Source: an uncultured Ectothiorhodospiraceae bacterium (GTDB lineage Bacteria > Pseudomonadota > Gammaproteobacteria > GCA-002705445 > GCA-002716945). From it: a DNA stretch of 64,000 nt. Location of the stretch: the NCBI GenBank assembly GCA_964342155.1, contig CAYFEQ010000006.1, positions 2,245 through 66,244 on the forward strand. The letters run 5' to 3'. Positions 63,579-64,000 of this stretch are shown here, one piece after another (position 1 is the first letter of the stretch; each line of letters begins with the position of its first letter). Position numbers and translations under genes: made by a program. The notes beneath the pieces were generated by a model, which searched no databases, was not told where the DNA came from, and saw only the letters and a list, made by a program, of their open reading frames with translations.

Positions 63579-64000
63579 TCTTTTTTGTTCCCAATAGTCG
63601 TTGAAAAATATTACGTACAATTGATCTGAGGCTATTAACTTTGCTTATATTATGAATACTATTCCCGATTAATAATTTCAAATCTCCACCAGTTATTGAA
63701 AGATTTAAATCTAATTTATTATTAACCTCTTTAAAGCCACTATCATACTGATAGTAATAATTTTTACTATCACTTATTTCTTCTTTTGAAATAGCTGATG
63801 TTATCTCATAACCTATTTCTTTTAAAAATAGAATTTCAAATTTTAGAAGTTGCAGATCTAGGCTAACTCTATTATCTGACATGTTGTTAAGTTGATATTT
63901 ATATAATTTATATAAAGATATGCAAGGTTCTCTTTGTGGAATAAATTTATATATAAGTTCATTCATGTACATTCCATAAAGTATGAGGTTATTTTTGCTT
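63553..64000 (-). CDS. recO: DNA repair protein RecO, C-terminal part; the N-terminus lies beyond the window end
   Basis: LLKFEILFLKEIGYEI resembles the RecO C-terminal helical region. The reading frame stays open upstream of the ATG at 63972 to the window edge. Confidence 0.5.
   Translation of the reverse strand, partial: SKNNLILYGMYMNELIYKFIPQREPCISLYKLYKYQLNNMSDNRVSLDLQLLKFEILFLKEIGYEITSAISKEEISDSKNYYYQYDSGFKEVNNKLDLNLSITGGDLKLLIGNSIHNISKVNSLRSIVRNIFQRLLGTKKIMSYELFD

Overview
This 64 kb window is a very AT-rich (roughly 25-30% GC), gene-dense, largely syntenic core-genome segment of a Gram-negative proteobacterium, with gammaproteobacterial gene order. Almost every protein-coding gene is a recognisable housekeeping gene.

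Genes recognised, in order along the window:
- mdh (partial), kdsB, lpxK, msbA, a divergent DUF2062 membrane protein, lolD and a single lolC-type permease.
- An aguA-aguB (agmatine to putrescine) pair, a small signal-peptide ORF, a periplasmic rhodanese, and mfd.
- An mscS-family channel, nagZ, ispF, ispD, ftsB, eno, kdsA, pyrG, tilS, accA, dnaE and rnhB.
- A plus-strand gnnA-like oxidoreductase, gnnB-like aminotransferase and lpxB cassette, then on the minus strand lpxA, fabZ, lpxD, skp, bamA, rseP, dxr, cdsA, uppS, frr, tsf and rpsB.
- map, dapE, a yejFEBA-type ABC importer, fabI, ppiD, tRNA-Asp, tRNA-Val, hupB, lon, clpX, clpP and tig.
- A small Cys-rich lipoprotein, tRNA-Leu, an orphan 557-aa glycosyltransferase-like protein, a tRNA Pro-Arg-His cluster, cysS, a secreted cyclophilin, lpxH and partial recO.

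No mobile elements, CRISPR arrays or defence systems were seen.

Things worth a second look:
- The oxidoreductase/aminotransferase pair next to lpxA/lpxB predicts a lipid A built on 2,3-diamino-2,3-dideoxyglucose (GlcN3N), and it sits in a locally inverted cassette.
- The rhodanese gene is compositionally foreign (about 40-45% GC) and is preceded by a small secreted acidic Cys peptide.
- A tRNA-flanked orphan gene encodes a capsule/LPS-type glycosyltransferase-like protein.
- pyrH is missing from its otherwise universal tsf-frr position.
- lolCD has a single permease, i.e. a LolF-type system.
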